This document shows, in pieces, positions 35,644 to 49,022 of a DNA stretch of 64,000 bases. Every line of letters starts with the position of its first letter. Position 1 is the stretch's first letter. The position numbers were made by a program, and so were the translations under genes. The notes beneath the pieces were generated by a model, which did no database searches, was not told the origin of the DNA, and was given only the letters and a program-made list of their open reading frames with translations. Origin of the DNA: Phyllobates terribilis (lineage: Eukaryota); NCBI RefSeq assembly GCF_046119375.1, contig NW_027362772.1:14136001-14200000 (forward strand), in the 5' to 3' direction.

Positions 35644-38600
35644 ATGATTCCCCTGGTACTAGCAGTGCTCCTGGTGGCTGGGGGTAAGTAGTGTCAGTGC
35701 CCCTAGTGGCTGAGGATGAGCAGTGTCAGTGTTCCTGGTGGCTGTGGATGAGCAGTGTCAGTGTTCCTAGTGGCTGAGGATGAGGAGTGTCAGTGGTCCT
35801 GGTGGCTGTGGATGAGCAGTGTCAGTGTTCCTGGTGGCAGGGGGTAAGTAGTGTCAGTGCCCCTAGTGGCTGAGGATGAGGAGTGTCAGTGGTCCTGGTG
35901 GCTGGGGGTGAGCAGTGTCAGTGTTCCTGGTGGCTGAGGATGAGGAGTGTCAGTGATCCTGGTTGCTGTGGATGGGCAGTGTCAGTGTTCCTAGTGGCTG
36001 TGGATGAGCAGTGTCAGTGTTCCTGGTGGCAGGGGGTAAGTAGTGTCAGTGTTCCTGGTGGCTGGGGGTGAGCAGTGTCAGTGCCCCTAGTGGCTGAGGA
36101 TGAGGAGTGTTAGTGTTCCTGGTGGCTGTGGATGAGCAATGTCAGTGTTCCTGGTGGCTGGGGGTGAGCAGTGTCAGTGTTCCTGGTGGTTGGGGGTGAG
36201 CAGTGTCAGTGTTCCTGGTGGTTGGGGGTGAGCAGTGTCAGTGTTCCTGGTGGCTGGGAGTGAGCAGTGTCAGTGTTCCTGGTGGCTGGGGGTGAGCAGC
36301 GTCAGTGTTCCTGGTGGCTGGGGGTGAGCAGTGTCAGTGTTCCTGGTGGCTGGGGATGAGCAGTGTTAGTGTTCCTGGTGGCTGTGGATGAGTAGTGTCA
36401 GTGTTCCTGGTGGCTGTGGATGAGCAGTGTCAGTGTTCCTGGTGGCAGGGGGTAAGTAGTGTCAGTGTTCCTGGTGGCTGTGGATGAGCAGTGTCAGTGT
36501 TCCTGGTGGCTGTGGATGGCAGTATCAGTGTTCCTGGTGGCTGTGGATGAGCAGTGTCAGTGTTCCTGGTGGCTGTGGATGAGCAGTGTCAGTGTTCCTG
36601 GTGGCTGTGGATGAGCAGTATCAGTGTTACTGGTGGCAGGGAGTAAGTAGTGTCAGTGTTCCTGGTGGCTGTGGATGAGCAGTGTCAGTGTTCCTGGTGG
36701 CTGTGGATGAGCAGTGTCAGTGTTCCTGGTGGCTGTGGATGAGCAGTGTCAGTGTTCCTGGTGGCAGGGGGTAAGTAGTGTCAGTGTTCCTGGTGGCTGT
36801 GGATGAGCAGTGTCAGTGTTCCTGGTGGCTGGGGGTGAGCAGTGTCAGTGTTCCTGGTGGCTGGGGGTGAACAGTGTCAATGTTCCTGGTGGCTGGGGGT
36901 GAGCAGTGTCAATGTTCCTGGTGGCTGGGAGTGAGCAGTGTCAGTGTTCCTGGTGGCTGGGGGTGAGCAGTGTCAGTGTTCCTGGTGGCTGTGGATGAGC
37001 AGTGTCAGTGTTCCTGGTGGCTGGGGGTGAGCAGTGTCAGTGTTCCTGGTGGCTGGGGGTGAACAGTGTCAATGTTCCTGGTGGCTGGGGGTGAGCAGTG
37101 TCAATGTTCCTGGTGGCTGGGAGTGAGCAGTGTCAGTGTTCCTGGTGGCTGGGGGTGAGCAGTGTCAGTGTTCCTGGTGGCTGGGGGTGAGCAGTGTCAG
37201 TGTTACTGGTGGTTGGGGGTGAGCAGTGTCAGTGTTCCTGGTGGCTGGGGGTGAGCAGTGTCAATGTTCCTGGTGGCTGGGAGTGAGCAGTGTCAGTGTT
37301 CCTGGTGGCTGGGGGTGAGCAGTGTCAGTGTTCCTGGTGGCTGGGGGTGAGCAGTGTCAGTGTTCCTGGTGGCTGGGGGTGAGCAGTGTCAGTGTTCCTG
37401 GTGGCTGGGGGTGAGCAGTGTCAGTGTTCCTGGTGGCTGGGAGTGAGCAGTGTCAGTGTTCCTGGTGGCTGGGGGTGAGCAGTGTCAGTGTTCCTGGTGG
37501 CTGTGGATGAGCAGTGTCAGTGTTCCTGGTGGCTGGGGGTGAGCAGTGTCAGTGTTCCTGGTGGCTGGGAGTGAGCAGTGTCAGTGTTCCTGGTGGCTGG
37601 GGGTGAGCAGTGTCAGTGTTCCTGGTGGCTGGGGGTGAGCAGTGTCAGTGTTCCTGGTGGTTGGGGGTGAGCAGTGTCAGTGTTCCTGGTGGCTGGGGGT
37701 GAGCAGTGTCAGTGTTCCTGGTGGCTGGGGGTGAGCAGTGTCAGTGTTCCTGGTGGCTGGGGGTGAGCAGTGTCAGTGTTCCTGGTGGCTGGGGGTGAGC
37801 AGTGTCAGTGTTCCTGGTGGCTGGGGGTGAGCAGTGTCAGTGTTCCTGGTGGCTGGGAGTGAGCAGTGTCAGTGTTCCTGGTGGCTGGGGGTGAGCAGTG
37901 TCAGTGTTCCTGGTGGCTGGGGGTGAGCAGTGTCAGTGTTCCTGGTGGCTGGGGGTGAGCAGTGTCAGTGTTCCTGGTGGCTGGGGGTGAGCAGTGTCAG
38001 TGTTCCTGGTGGCTGGGGGTGAGCAGTGTCAGTGTTCCTGGTGGCTGGGAGTGAGCAGTGTCAGTGTTCCTGGTGGCTGGGGGTGAGCAGTGTCAGTGTT
38101 CCTGGTGGCTGTGGATGAGCAGTGTCAGTGTTCCTGGTGGCTGGGGGTGAGCAGTGTCAGTGTTCCTGGTGGCTGGGAGTGAGCAGTGTCAGTGTTCCTG
38201 GTGGCTGGGGGTGAGCAGTGTCAGTGTTCCTGGTGGCTGGGGGTGAGCAGTGTCAATGTTCCTGGTGGCTGGGGGTGAGCAGTGTCAGTGTTCCTGGTGG
38301 CAGGGGGTAAGTAGTGGTAGTGCCCCTAGTGGCTTGGGTTAGCAGTGTAAAACACGTCTATACATTCTACTTACTGGGTGTGAGTCGGGTTTTATAAGGG
38401 TAATGAAGGGCACGTTGTTGGTGCTGATCTATATTTGTCTATGGCCGCCCTTGTTTCTGTGAATTCATCTTTTCCTCTTGCCTTGAGCAGCGTCCGGCTG
38501 CGGAGTCTCCACTATTAAGCCCTCGCTGTCACGAGTGGTGAACGGCGATGAGGTTGTGCCCCACAGCTGGCCCTGGCAGGTGAGCGAGCGCCGTCCACAC

Positions 38601-40818
38601 ATATCTAATGGAGGTCACTGTCCTTAATGTGGAGTCTCTTCAGTCACTGGAAGACTGGGAATTACCAACTATCCAGTAATTATTGGAATTTCTACCCGCT
38701 CTGCAGGTGTCGCTCCAGTACATCTATGGTGGATACTGGTATCACACGTGCGGGGCAAGCCTCATCTCATCCACCTGGGTGCTGACCGCTGCTCACTGCA
38801 TCAGGTAAGAAGGAACCATGAAGTATTTGGTTTGGGGTCTATACTGGGAGGGGATTTCTGAATTTTGCCCCAATTTATGTGACTTTCTTAAAGAAGTATA
38901 TTGTTTTCAATCTCTTTTTTTCTTTCAGTTCCTCCAACACCTACCGCGTCATGTTGGGCAAACACAACTTTCGGGTATCTGAGGCCGGTCAGAAGACCAT
39001 CAGTGTTGTCAAACTGATCAACCATTCAAAATGGAACCCAAACAGACTCTCCGCAGGGTAACGGTTTCACGAAATCCATCCGTATGAGTTGAAATATCAT
39101 GTTCTATGGGTGGAAATGAGTCCTCGTGTGATTTGTATCGCTAGCATAGGGGCAACAAGGCCCAATTTGGATCACTGACCAAATTCATAAAAGGTGTGAA
39201 CTTTTTATTTGGCTTCTCATTGGCCTAAGTCAAGTTCACAATCAACCAAGGGAAAAGGAAACCAGGTTGAGAGCTTGGCAGGAGTCCTCTGTCCTACAAG
39301 GAAGACTCATGGTATTTGTACTATTTTCCTCCAGATACGACATTTCTCTGTTGAAGCTGGAACAGCCTGTAGAATTTAGTGAAACAATCCAGCCTGCATG
39401 CCTGCCCCCTGCTGGTTACATCCTTAATCACAATTTAAGCTGCTATGTCACTGGATGGGGTAACCTCCAAAGTAAGTGACATGTAGCGTTTTTAAAACTG
39501 CATCCATTTATTAATGTGTGTTGGGGCATGTGATGGCCCCATGGCGGTTCCATAGGATTGCATAAAAAAAGTATCTGGGAACCCTGAAATTATATAGTTT
39601 TATAATGAGACTTAAGTTTTTTTTTATTGTTTAGTATCACAAAGAATTTAGGAATTTTCTTGATGAGTGGACACAGGGGTGTAATGTGAAGGCTCTATGC
39701 CTTAATGCAAAATATGTAACATGTCTAGCTACCATGTGTTATTCAAAATACTAATGTCTTCTTATATGTAAGAACGCCCTTGGGCTACAGGTTCTGGGAG
39801 CTACTGTTCCCTGTCTACTCTTCATAGTTATCTCCATGAGAGGCATCATGTCTGACCCCATGGCGGTTCCACATGAAGAGATAGTTCTATGTTTAGTTGT
39901 CACATTGAATCATCTGCTTCACTTTTATGATTCATATTTTTTACAGCTAACGGTCCTTCTCCTGATGCATTGCAACAAGGTGTCCTGCTGGTTGTGGACC
40001 ACGCCACCTGCTCTCAATCTGACTGGTGGGGTAGATCCGTGCAGACTAACATGATTTGCGCCGGTGGAGATGGAATCATTTCGAGCTGCTACGTAATTTA
40101 CTTTTTTGTATCTCATTACTACAGCTACCCATAGTACTGGAATCTTATTAATGTCGTTGGTGACATTACGCATCCACAGCTGCATTCAAAATTCTGCTGG
40201 ACAAGTTATAATAATGAAGATTAATAATACACTTGTGGCAACTTGACATCAGGCCTCCCACAACATACCGAAGCAAGAGAATGACGATGATGTGGCAGCT
40301 CCAGCATCCTGAGTGCTAACAAAAATCCAGCAGAATTATGAATGCAGCTCTGGATGTGCCTTAAGTCATTACAAGTAACAGAACACAATAAGCGATCTAC
40401 AACTTATCAGGACACGTTGGGTGTTGTAGTGCTGCAGCAACTGGAGAGTCACAGGTTGAAGACCATTGACCTATCACGTGAATCTGGTCTTTTAGGGGGA
40501 TTCTGGTGGACCCCTCAACTGCTTGAATGACCAGGGTGCCTGGGAAGTCCACGGTGTGGTCAGTTTTGGTTCCTCTCTCGGATGTAACTACTACAAGAAG
40601 CCGTCCGTCTTCACACGCGTCTCCGAATTTAACAGCTGGATCAGTTCGGTAAGTGTCACAGGAGGGGCATCGCCCCAAAGCAACCAATCACAACGCCTCC
40701 TTCAACCCGTACGCAGTCAGCGATAATCTGATTGGTTGCATCCGGTCTACATTGATTGTTGTTACAATGTATTAACCCCTCGTTCTCTGTTTGGCATCAG
40801 ACAATCGCAGCGAACTAA
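35644..40818 (+). CDS. CELA2A: Chymotrypsin-like elastase 2 (CELA2A-like) preproenzyme, 8 exons, 269 aa
   Basis: Exons 35644-35683, 38491-38579, 38707-38804, 38929-39057, 39335-39471, 39947-40092, 40496-40648, 40801-40818; total 810 nt. R|VVNG, TAAHC, YDISL, GDSGGP; [21 protein letters not shown] (G216/S226) is CELA2-like. Intron phases match the CTRC-like gene. The family label is inference; 2A versus 2B cannot be resolved. Confidence 0.9.
35668..38348. repeat. 32-bp minisatellite filling CELA2A intron 1 (about 84 units)
   Basis: Unit AGTGTCAGTGTTCCTGGTGGCTGGGGGTGAGC; period 32 (37321 and 37353); begins inside exon 1. Confidence 0.96.
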
Positions 40819-40935
40819 AGTCCGTGACCCCCGATCTCCCGGGAATCAGCGATTACAATGAATAGAAAATATCCTGAAAACGTCATGATATTTTTTTTGT
40901 TTTGCATTTGTTTCGCAAAATCCTGTAAAATTAAA

Positions 40936-40941
40936 AATAAA
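40936..40941 (+). terminator. Polyadenylation signal of the CELA2A-like gene
   Basis: AATAAA about 118 bp after the stop codon. Confidence 0.7.
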
Positions 40942-41516
40942 GTGAATATTGAAATGATTGTGGTTGTGAGTTGTAATGGGGGGGGGGGGTAATAAAAGAC
41001 AAGTAATCAGCATTGATCTGTGGGTAAAGCTGGCAGTGAGTGCTCGACATCCCTGCAGCGCCCCCAGAGGAGAAATGAAGCATTACACAGAAGTCACTGA
41101 CTGTTCATGAAAATCCCCCAGAGAGAAGACAGATGAGGGGTAAGGGGGTCCCGCCTCCATTAACACTGAATTCACTAGCAGGGTCCTGACCCCTTTAAGA
41201 ATTTAAAGGGATAGGTGCGTAAGAAAAAAAAATGATAGAAGGGATGATATGATCCGATATGAATACAAAGGGGCCCGGACAGAGGGTAAAATAACAGGTG
41301 GGCAGTTAAAGGGATAAGGGGGAGGGGACTTAAAGGGTGTGATTGGCATCATGTGAAACTGGAGACTGTCCCAGGGTTATGCAACAGGAGGACACCGATC
41401 CTCTATTAACCCTTCACTTCTCATAACACAACCAGACAGCAGCTGAGCGGTGCCTGACAGCCACATACATTCACCGCACATGCTCCAAGACAGGACAGCC
41501 CCGCCCACTGTTACCT

Positions 41517-41662
41517 ACTGCGCATGCTCAGCGCTTACTAACCGCACTAAGTTATGTTAGGACTAAAACCCGCTGAGCGGTCACTGACAGCTCACACGTT
41601 CACTGCGCATGCTCAGAGAAAAGACAGCCCCCGTCGCCTTCTGTCACATACTGCGCATGCTC
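41517..41662. promoter_or_regulatory. TMEM147 promoter with three NRF1-like motifs
   Basis: ACTGCGCATGCTC at 41517, 41602 and 41650, in a CpG-rich region upstream of the ATG at 41746. Confidence 0.6.
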
Positions 41663-41745
41663 TGATACACGAGTCTGCACTACGCAGGCGCGGAGCGCTA
41701 GTTCTGAGTGGCCGCTCGCTGTGTGGTGACCGGGCCGTGGTCGCC

Positions 41746-44700
41746 ATGACGCTCTTTCATTTCGGTAACTGCTTCGCTTTGGCTTATTTCCCGTATTTCA
41801 TCACTTACAAATGCAGCGGCCTGTGAGTACCGAGCACCGGGGACGGGAGGAGGAGGGTGCGGGGCCCCCGGGGGAGCCGTGAGGAGGGTGCTGGGAACCA
41901 TAAGGAGGGTGCTGGGCCCGCGGGAGGGGCTGTATGGAGGGCCTGAGCGGGCCGTGAGGAGGGTGCTGGGCCCCCGGGGGGGAGCCGTGAGGAGGGTGCT
42001 GGGAACCATAAGGAGGGTGCTGGGCCCGCGGGAGGGGCTGTATGGAGGGCCTGAGCGGGCCGTGAGGAGGGTGCTGGGCCCCCGGGGGGGAGCCGTGAAG
42101 AGGGTGCTGGGCCCCCGGGGGGGAGCCGTGAAGAGGGTGCTGGGCCCCCGGGGGGGGAGCCGTGAAGAGGGTGCTGGGCCCCCGGGGGGGGGGAGCCGTG
42201 AAGAGGGTGCTGGGCCCCCGGGGGGGGGAGCCGTGAAGAGGGTGCTGGGCCCCCGGGGGGGGGGAGCCGTGAAGAGGGTGCTGGGCCCCCGGGGGGGGGG
42301 GGAGTCGTGAAGAGGGTGCTGGGCCCCCGGGGGGGGAGTCGTGAAGAGGGTGCTGGGCCCCCGGGGGGGGAGCCGTGAAGAGGGTGCTGGGCCCCCGGGG
42401 GGGGAGCCGTGAAGAGGGTGCTGGGCCCCCGGGGGGGGAGCCGTGAAGAGGGTGCTGGGCCCCCCGGGGAGAGCCGTGAAGAGGGTGCTGGGCCCCAGGG
42501 GGGGAGCCATGAAGAGGGTGCGGGGCCCCCGGGGGGGAGCCGTGAGGAGGGTGCTGGGAACTGTGAGGAGGGTGCGGGGCCCCCGGGGGGGAGTCGTGAG
42601 GAGGGTGCTGGGAGCCGTGAGGAGGGTGCGGGGCCCCCGGGGGGGAGCCGTGAGGAGGGTGCTGGGCCTGCGGGAGGGGCTGTATGGAGGGCCTGAGCGG
42701 GTCGTGAGGAGGGTGCTGGGCCCCGGGGGAGCCGTGAGGAGGGTGCGGGGCCCCCGGGGGAGAGCCGTGAGGAGGGTGCTGGGAACCGTGAGGAGGGTGC
42801 GGGGCCCCGGGGGAGCCGTGAGGAGGGTGCTGGGCCCCCGGGGAGGAGCCGTGAGGAGGGTGCTGGGAACCGTGAGGAGGCTGCTGGGCCCCCGGGGGGG
42901 AGCCGTGAGGAGGTTGCTGCCCCCCCCTAGGGGGAGCCGTGAGGAGGGTGCTGGGCCCGCGGGAGGGGCTGTATGGAGGGCCTGAGCGGGCCGTGAGGAG
43001 GGTGCGGGGCCCTGGGGGAGCCGTGAGGAGGGTGCGGGGCCCTGGGGGAGCCGTGAGGAGGGTGCGGGGCCCTGGGGGAGCCGTGAGGAGGGTGCGGGGC
43101 CCTGGGCCGTGGCTCACTATGTGTTTGTCCTGCAGGTCGGAGTACAGTGCCTTCTGGAGATGTGTCCAGGCCGGAGCCACCTACCTGTGTGTGCAGCTCT
43201 GCAAGGTGAGAGAGCGGGGGAGGAGGGCACTGACAGGGGGTGGGCATCGTGGGGAGTTGCATAGGAGACAGAATGGTATCACTGATTGGGGGCATTGCAG
43301 TAAGTTAGGCTGGTACCATGGGTGAGTTGTAGTAGTGCCGGAGTCGGCACAGTGGGCTGTATGGTACCAGATGTAAGAGGTGGATTTTGGGGCGGTGGTT
43401 GCATAGGAGGCAGACTGCCATCACTGGTGGGGGGTAGAAGTGTGTGGGGGCTGCACAGTGGGCAGTAGAGGAGCAGTGCAGAATGGCACAAGCTCTTGGG
43501 GGCAGTGCAGTAAGTTACGCTGGCACCAGGGATAGAAATAATGTGCTTGGCAGAATGAGCTGCAATGTACCAGAGGTAGAAATAATGGCAGAGTGGCGCA
43601 GCAGGATACTGGGGGGAGGGGATCTGGGGGCCGGGTTGTATAGGTTGGCACTGTACGTTACACAGTAACAGGGCTTGACCCAGTGGTAGAAGTAGTGGTG
43701 ATGGATGGGGCTGGCAAAGCAAGCTGCAGTGTAGCAGAGGGTAATGGCAGCACAGGAGGTGGATTGTGGGCAGGGAGGCAGAATTTCACCATTGCTTGAT
43801 GTAGTGTAGTAAGTATAAATAGTAAGAGGGCAGCACTGGAGAAGGAGCAGGGACTAAGTCTGGTACCAGGGCTAGAAATAATACGGATGGCACAGTAGGT
43901 TGCATGGTGTCAGCGGCTGCAGTAACAGTGGTGGCACAGCTGGGGGTAGGGAACCAGAGGCAGTAATATGTAGCACAGGAGGCAGATAGGCGTAAGTGTA
44001 GGTGGTCCTAGCGGCAGAGGTAATGTGTGGGGGGCACAGTGGGCAGCATGACTCCGGGAAGAGCATTCAGAACAGTGCAAGGATTGCAGTTAGCGAGCAG
44101 GGTAACCCTGTGGGTTTGTGGCATAGCCTGGCAGAGTGACAGGGCAGGTACGATGATGGGGGGATTGTAGCCGCATTCCTGGTATCCCTGTAATAAGCTC
44201 CTGGCATTGTCGGGCTGTGCGTGGCGCATTGTGACAACTGTGACTGATGGCGGGCAGCAGACGGGGCTTCCCAGTCATCATTCCATGGACAGCCAGCACA
44301 GTGCCGGTCATGTCTGATGGCGGGGGGCACAGATTCCGCCGGGTCCACTTTCCGATCAGTGCTGATATCTCTCTCCGTTTGCAGATGCTTTTCCTGGCGA
44401 CGTTTTTCCCGACCTGGGAGGGAGCGGTCGGCGCTTACGACTTCATTGGGGTGAGAAGCTTCAGGCTCCTTATCTTATGGGGTCACTCCGCCCGTTCTGA
44501 TGATCAGTGCATTATAGGTTCCGATTGTGTGTGTGTGGTAAACTGTTCCTCCAGTCACATCCAGAGCTGCGCTCTGGCTTTCAGGTTCTTGTATGTTACA
44601 TCTGACTGCCCGTTGCTCTCCGCTTCGGTGCATTGTGGGAGATGACAATCCAAGCAATTGACGTCTCTTTAATCCTAGTGATGCAGCTTTATGTGTGACT

Positions 44701-46317
44701 GAAGGATACAAATGACACAAGTACAGAATTATGATTGCAGCTCTGTTTGTGACTGGTTTGTAGGACATGACATAAAATAATTAAGAAAGCAGCTCTGGAT
44801 GTGACTAGGAGATGAAATGTGTTATAATGGAATAATTGTGAATGCCGTGTGGTATTTCACTGCAAAGTAAATGACATAACTGCAGAATTGTGAATGCAGC
44901 TCTGGATGTGATTAGAGAATAATACATTAAATAGGAGCAGAATTGTGAATGCAGCTCTGGATAGATGTGACTGGAAGATAAGATGTGCTATAATAGCAGG
45001 AGTGTGAATGTAGTTTGGTATTTGACTGGGGTAAATTGCATAACTGATGAATTGTGAATGCAGCTCTGAATGTGACTGGAGAATAAAACACGATATACCA
45101 GAATTGTGAATGCAGCTCTCGATATGACTGGAGAATAAAACACGATATACCAGAATTGTGAATGCAGCTCTTGATATGACTGGAGAATAAAACACGATAT
45201 ACCAGAATTGTGAATGCAGCTCTGGATGTGACTGGAGAGTAAAACACGATATACCAGAATTGTGAATGCAGCTGTGGAGGTGACTGGAGAATAAAACACG
45301 ATATAACAGGATTGTGAATGCAGCTCTGGAGGTGACTGGAGAATAAAACACGATATAACAGGATTGTGAATGCTGCTCTGGAGGTGACTGGAGAATAAAA
45401 CATGACACAACAGAATTGTGAATGCAGCTCTGGAGGTGACTGGAGAATAAAACATGACATAACAGTATTGTGAATGCAGCTCTGGAGGTGCTTGCGGTAT
45501 AACATAGTGATGTGTGTGATTGCCCTGTATGTGACGGTACGTTGCCGTTTCTCAGGAATTTATGAAGGCCACGGTGGACCTGGCGGACCTGTTGGGTTTG
45601 CATCTGGTGATGTCTCGTAACGCAGGGAAGGGCGAGTACAAGATAATGGTGGCCGCGATGGGCTGGGCGACCGCGGAGCTCGTCATGTCCAGGTAATGGT
45701 CTGCGAAAACCAGTATTTAAAGGGGCAGTGCACCCCAAACATCCCCTCTGCAGTTGGCACACGTTTGGCCGCACCGTCAGATGTAACCTCGTGATTGGTG
45801 CTGACATAAACTGATGCCGTCTTGTTTGGTCTCAGGTGTCTCCCCCTCTGGGTCGGCGCCCGCGGCATTGAATTCGACTGGAAATACATCCAGATGAGCA
45901 TCGATTCCAACATCAGCCTGGTACGACGCTCTCCCCGAGTCTTGCGTTACTCGCCTCGTGCCCGCTGTATTTTCTGAACTCCTTGTTGTTGTCAGGTGCA
46001 CTACATGGCGGTGGCGGCCCTGGTCTGGATGTGGACGCGCTACGATCTGCCCGCGCACTTCCGTCTTCCGGTCACAGTCCTGCTCGGGCTCAGCATGTAC
46101 AAGGCCTTCCTCCTGGAGTGAGTATGGGGCGATGTTCTGCAGCAGCTCAGTGAGGGAGATTGGTGCAGAGGTAGTGACTAGTCTCCTCTCTTCCAGCTGC
46201 TTCGTGCACATCTTCCTGCTGGGGAGCTGGACGGCGCTGCTCCTGAAGGCGGTGACCACCGGCGTCCTGTCCCTCAGCTGCCTCACGCTCTTCATCAGCC
46301 TCGTTCACGGTAACTGA
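41746..46317 (+). CDS. TMEM147: Transmembrane protein 147, 7 exons, 225 aa
   Basis: Exons 41746-41822, 43136-43205, 44385-44450, 45556-45692, 45836-45920, 45996-46117, 46197-46317; total 678 nt. [62 protein letters not shown]. Confidence 0.97.
41840..43105. repeat. GC-rich ~30-bp minisatellite in TMEM147 intron 1
   Basis: Recurrent GGGAGCCGTGA(G/A)GAGGGTGCTGGGCCCCCGGG with variable G-tract length. Confidence 0.93.
44789..45492. repeat. 52-bp tandem array related to the 86-bp satellite, in TMEM147 intron 3
   Basis: Unit GAATTGTGAATGCAGCTCTGGATGTGACTGGAGAATAAAACACGATATACCA; period 52 (45061 and 45113). Its reverse complement shares CCAGAGCTGCAYTCACWATTCTG with the 86-bp unit. Confidence 0.9.
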
Positions 46318-46385
46318 TCGCCGCCGACTCAAGGAGATGTTCAATAACGGGAGAACTTTATAAGTATTATTACATAAAGCTTTAT

Positions 46386-46391
46386 AATAAA
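46386..46391 (+). terminator. Polyadenylation signal of TMEM147
   Basis: AATAAA about 69 bp after the stop codon. Confidence 0.65.
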
Positions 46392-46656
46392 TCCGACTCT
46401 GCCCAGTCACTGCGCGGGGGAAAGGAGGAGCAGCGTCTTACTCCAGTCACAGAGCTGCACTCGCTCCTCTACTCTGAATATTCTGTGCATCAGAAGACGC
46501 GTAGTCAATAGGAAGGAACTACATCTCCCATCATGCAGCACAGTATGGGGGTCTCAGCTGGCTAGGGTGCAGGCAGCCATTGCTTCACTCAAGGCCAGGG
46601 TCCGTTCTCAACCAGACGCAATTGTAACAAACCTTCAGCTGTCACTTGTGTAATAA

Positions 46657-46662
46657 TTTATT
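46657..46662 (-). terminator. Candidate polyadenylation signal of ATP4A
   Basis: TTTATT on + (AATAAA on -), about 277 bp after the ATP4A stop. Confidence 0.55.
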
Positions 46663-46938
46663 TTCATCACATGAGATCTTACAGTCACATCGGCGCCACT
46701 CGCAGGGCGCGATAAGCAGAATCACAGCACAAAGAGAGGGTACCCCCCGGGTCCAGGTCTCATCCCCTGACACAAGGGGGCGACACTGCAGCTCTATCCC
46801 AGGATCCAGATTTCTTATATACAGCAGATTCTCTGATTCGTGAGTGGAGAAAATCCAGAACGAGCTCCTCGTCAGTGAGGGGTCCGGCCTCCTGTGTCTT
46901 CAGCGGAGGAAGCCGACGTGTGACGGGGTCCAGGGCGG

Positions 46939-48560
<1,622 letters not shown>

Positions 48561-48631
48561 TTATAATGTTCTCTACTACATATATGTGAAAACTATACGT
48601 CTGCCCAAAGGGGTAAATGTGTCTATATTAT

Positions 48632-49022
48632 CTCCTTCTCTACTCCCCTCTTATCTCCTCTTCCCACAATCGCATACTAGATTTCTCCCGTGATTCCCCC
48701 CTACTCAGGAACTCTACCCCAACACATCAGACTCTCGCCTACCATGGAAGCCTTCAAAAGAAACCTGAAGACCCACCTCTTCCAACAAGCCTACAACCTG
48801 CAGTAACCACCGCTCCACCATACCGCTGCACGACCAGCTCTACCCTCACCTACTGTACCCTCACCCATCCCCTGTAGACTGTGAGCCCTCGCGGGCAGGG
48901 ACCTCGCTCCTCCTGTACCAGTCGCTGCTTCTTTTTGTTCAAGATTAGTGTAATTGTTCTTGTATGTATACCCCTTTTTCACATGTACAGCGCCATGGAA
49001 TAAATGGTGCTATAATAATAAT
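48632..49022 (+). mobile_element. 5'-truncated L2/CR1-clade LINE 3' end, antisense in an ATP4A intron
   Basis: ORF2-like C-terminus (SHNRILDFSR...PQHIRLSPTMEAFKRNLKTHLFQQAYNLQ*, with a frameshift), then a 3' UTR ending TGTACAGCGCCATGGAATAAATGGTGCTATAATAATAAT with an (AAT)n tail. Confidence 0.8.

Noticed and set aside
41160-41415. TTAAAGGG and TTAACCCTT motifs resembling Kolobok or piggyBac termini
   Set aside because: No matching inverted pair with a TSD could be defined.
41698-43180. 459-aa and 270-aa Pro/Gly-rich ORFs on -
   Set aside because: Antisense translations of the GC-rich minisatellite in TMEM147 intron 1.
43206-44384. Purine-rich, weakly repetitive TMEM147 intron 2 with several overlapping ORFs
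   Set aside because: No clear period, termini or recognisable protein motif.
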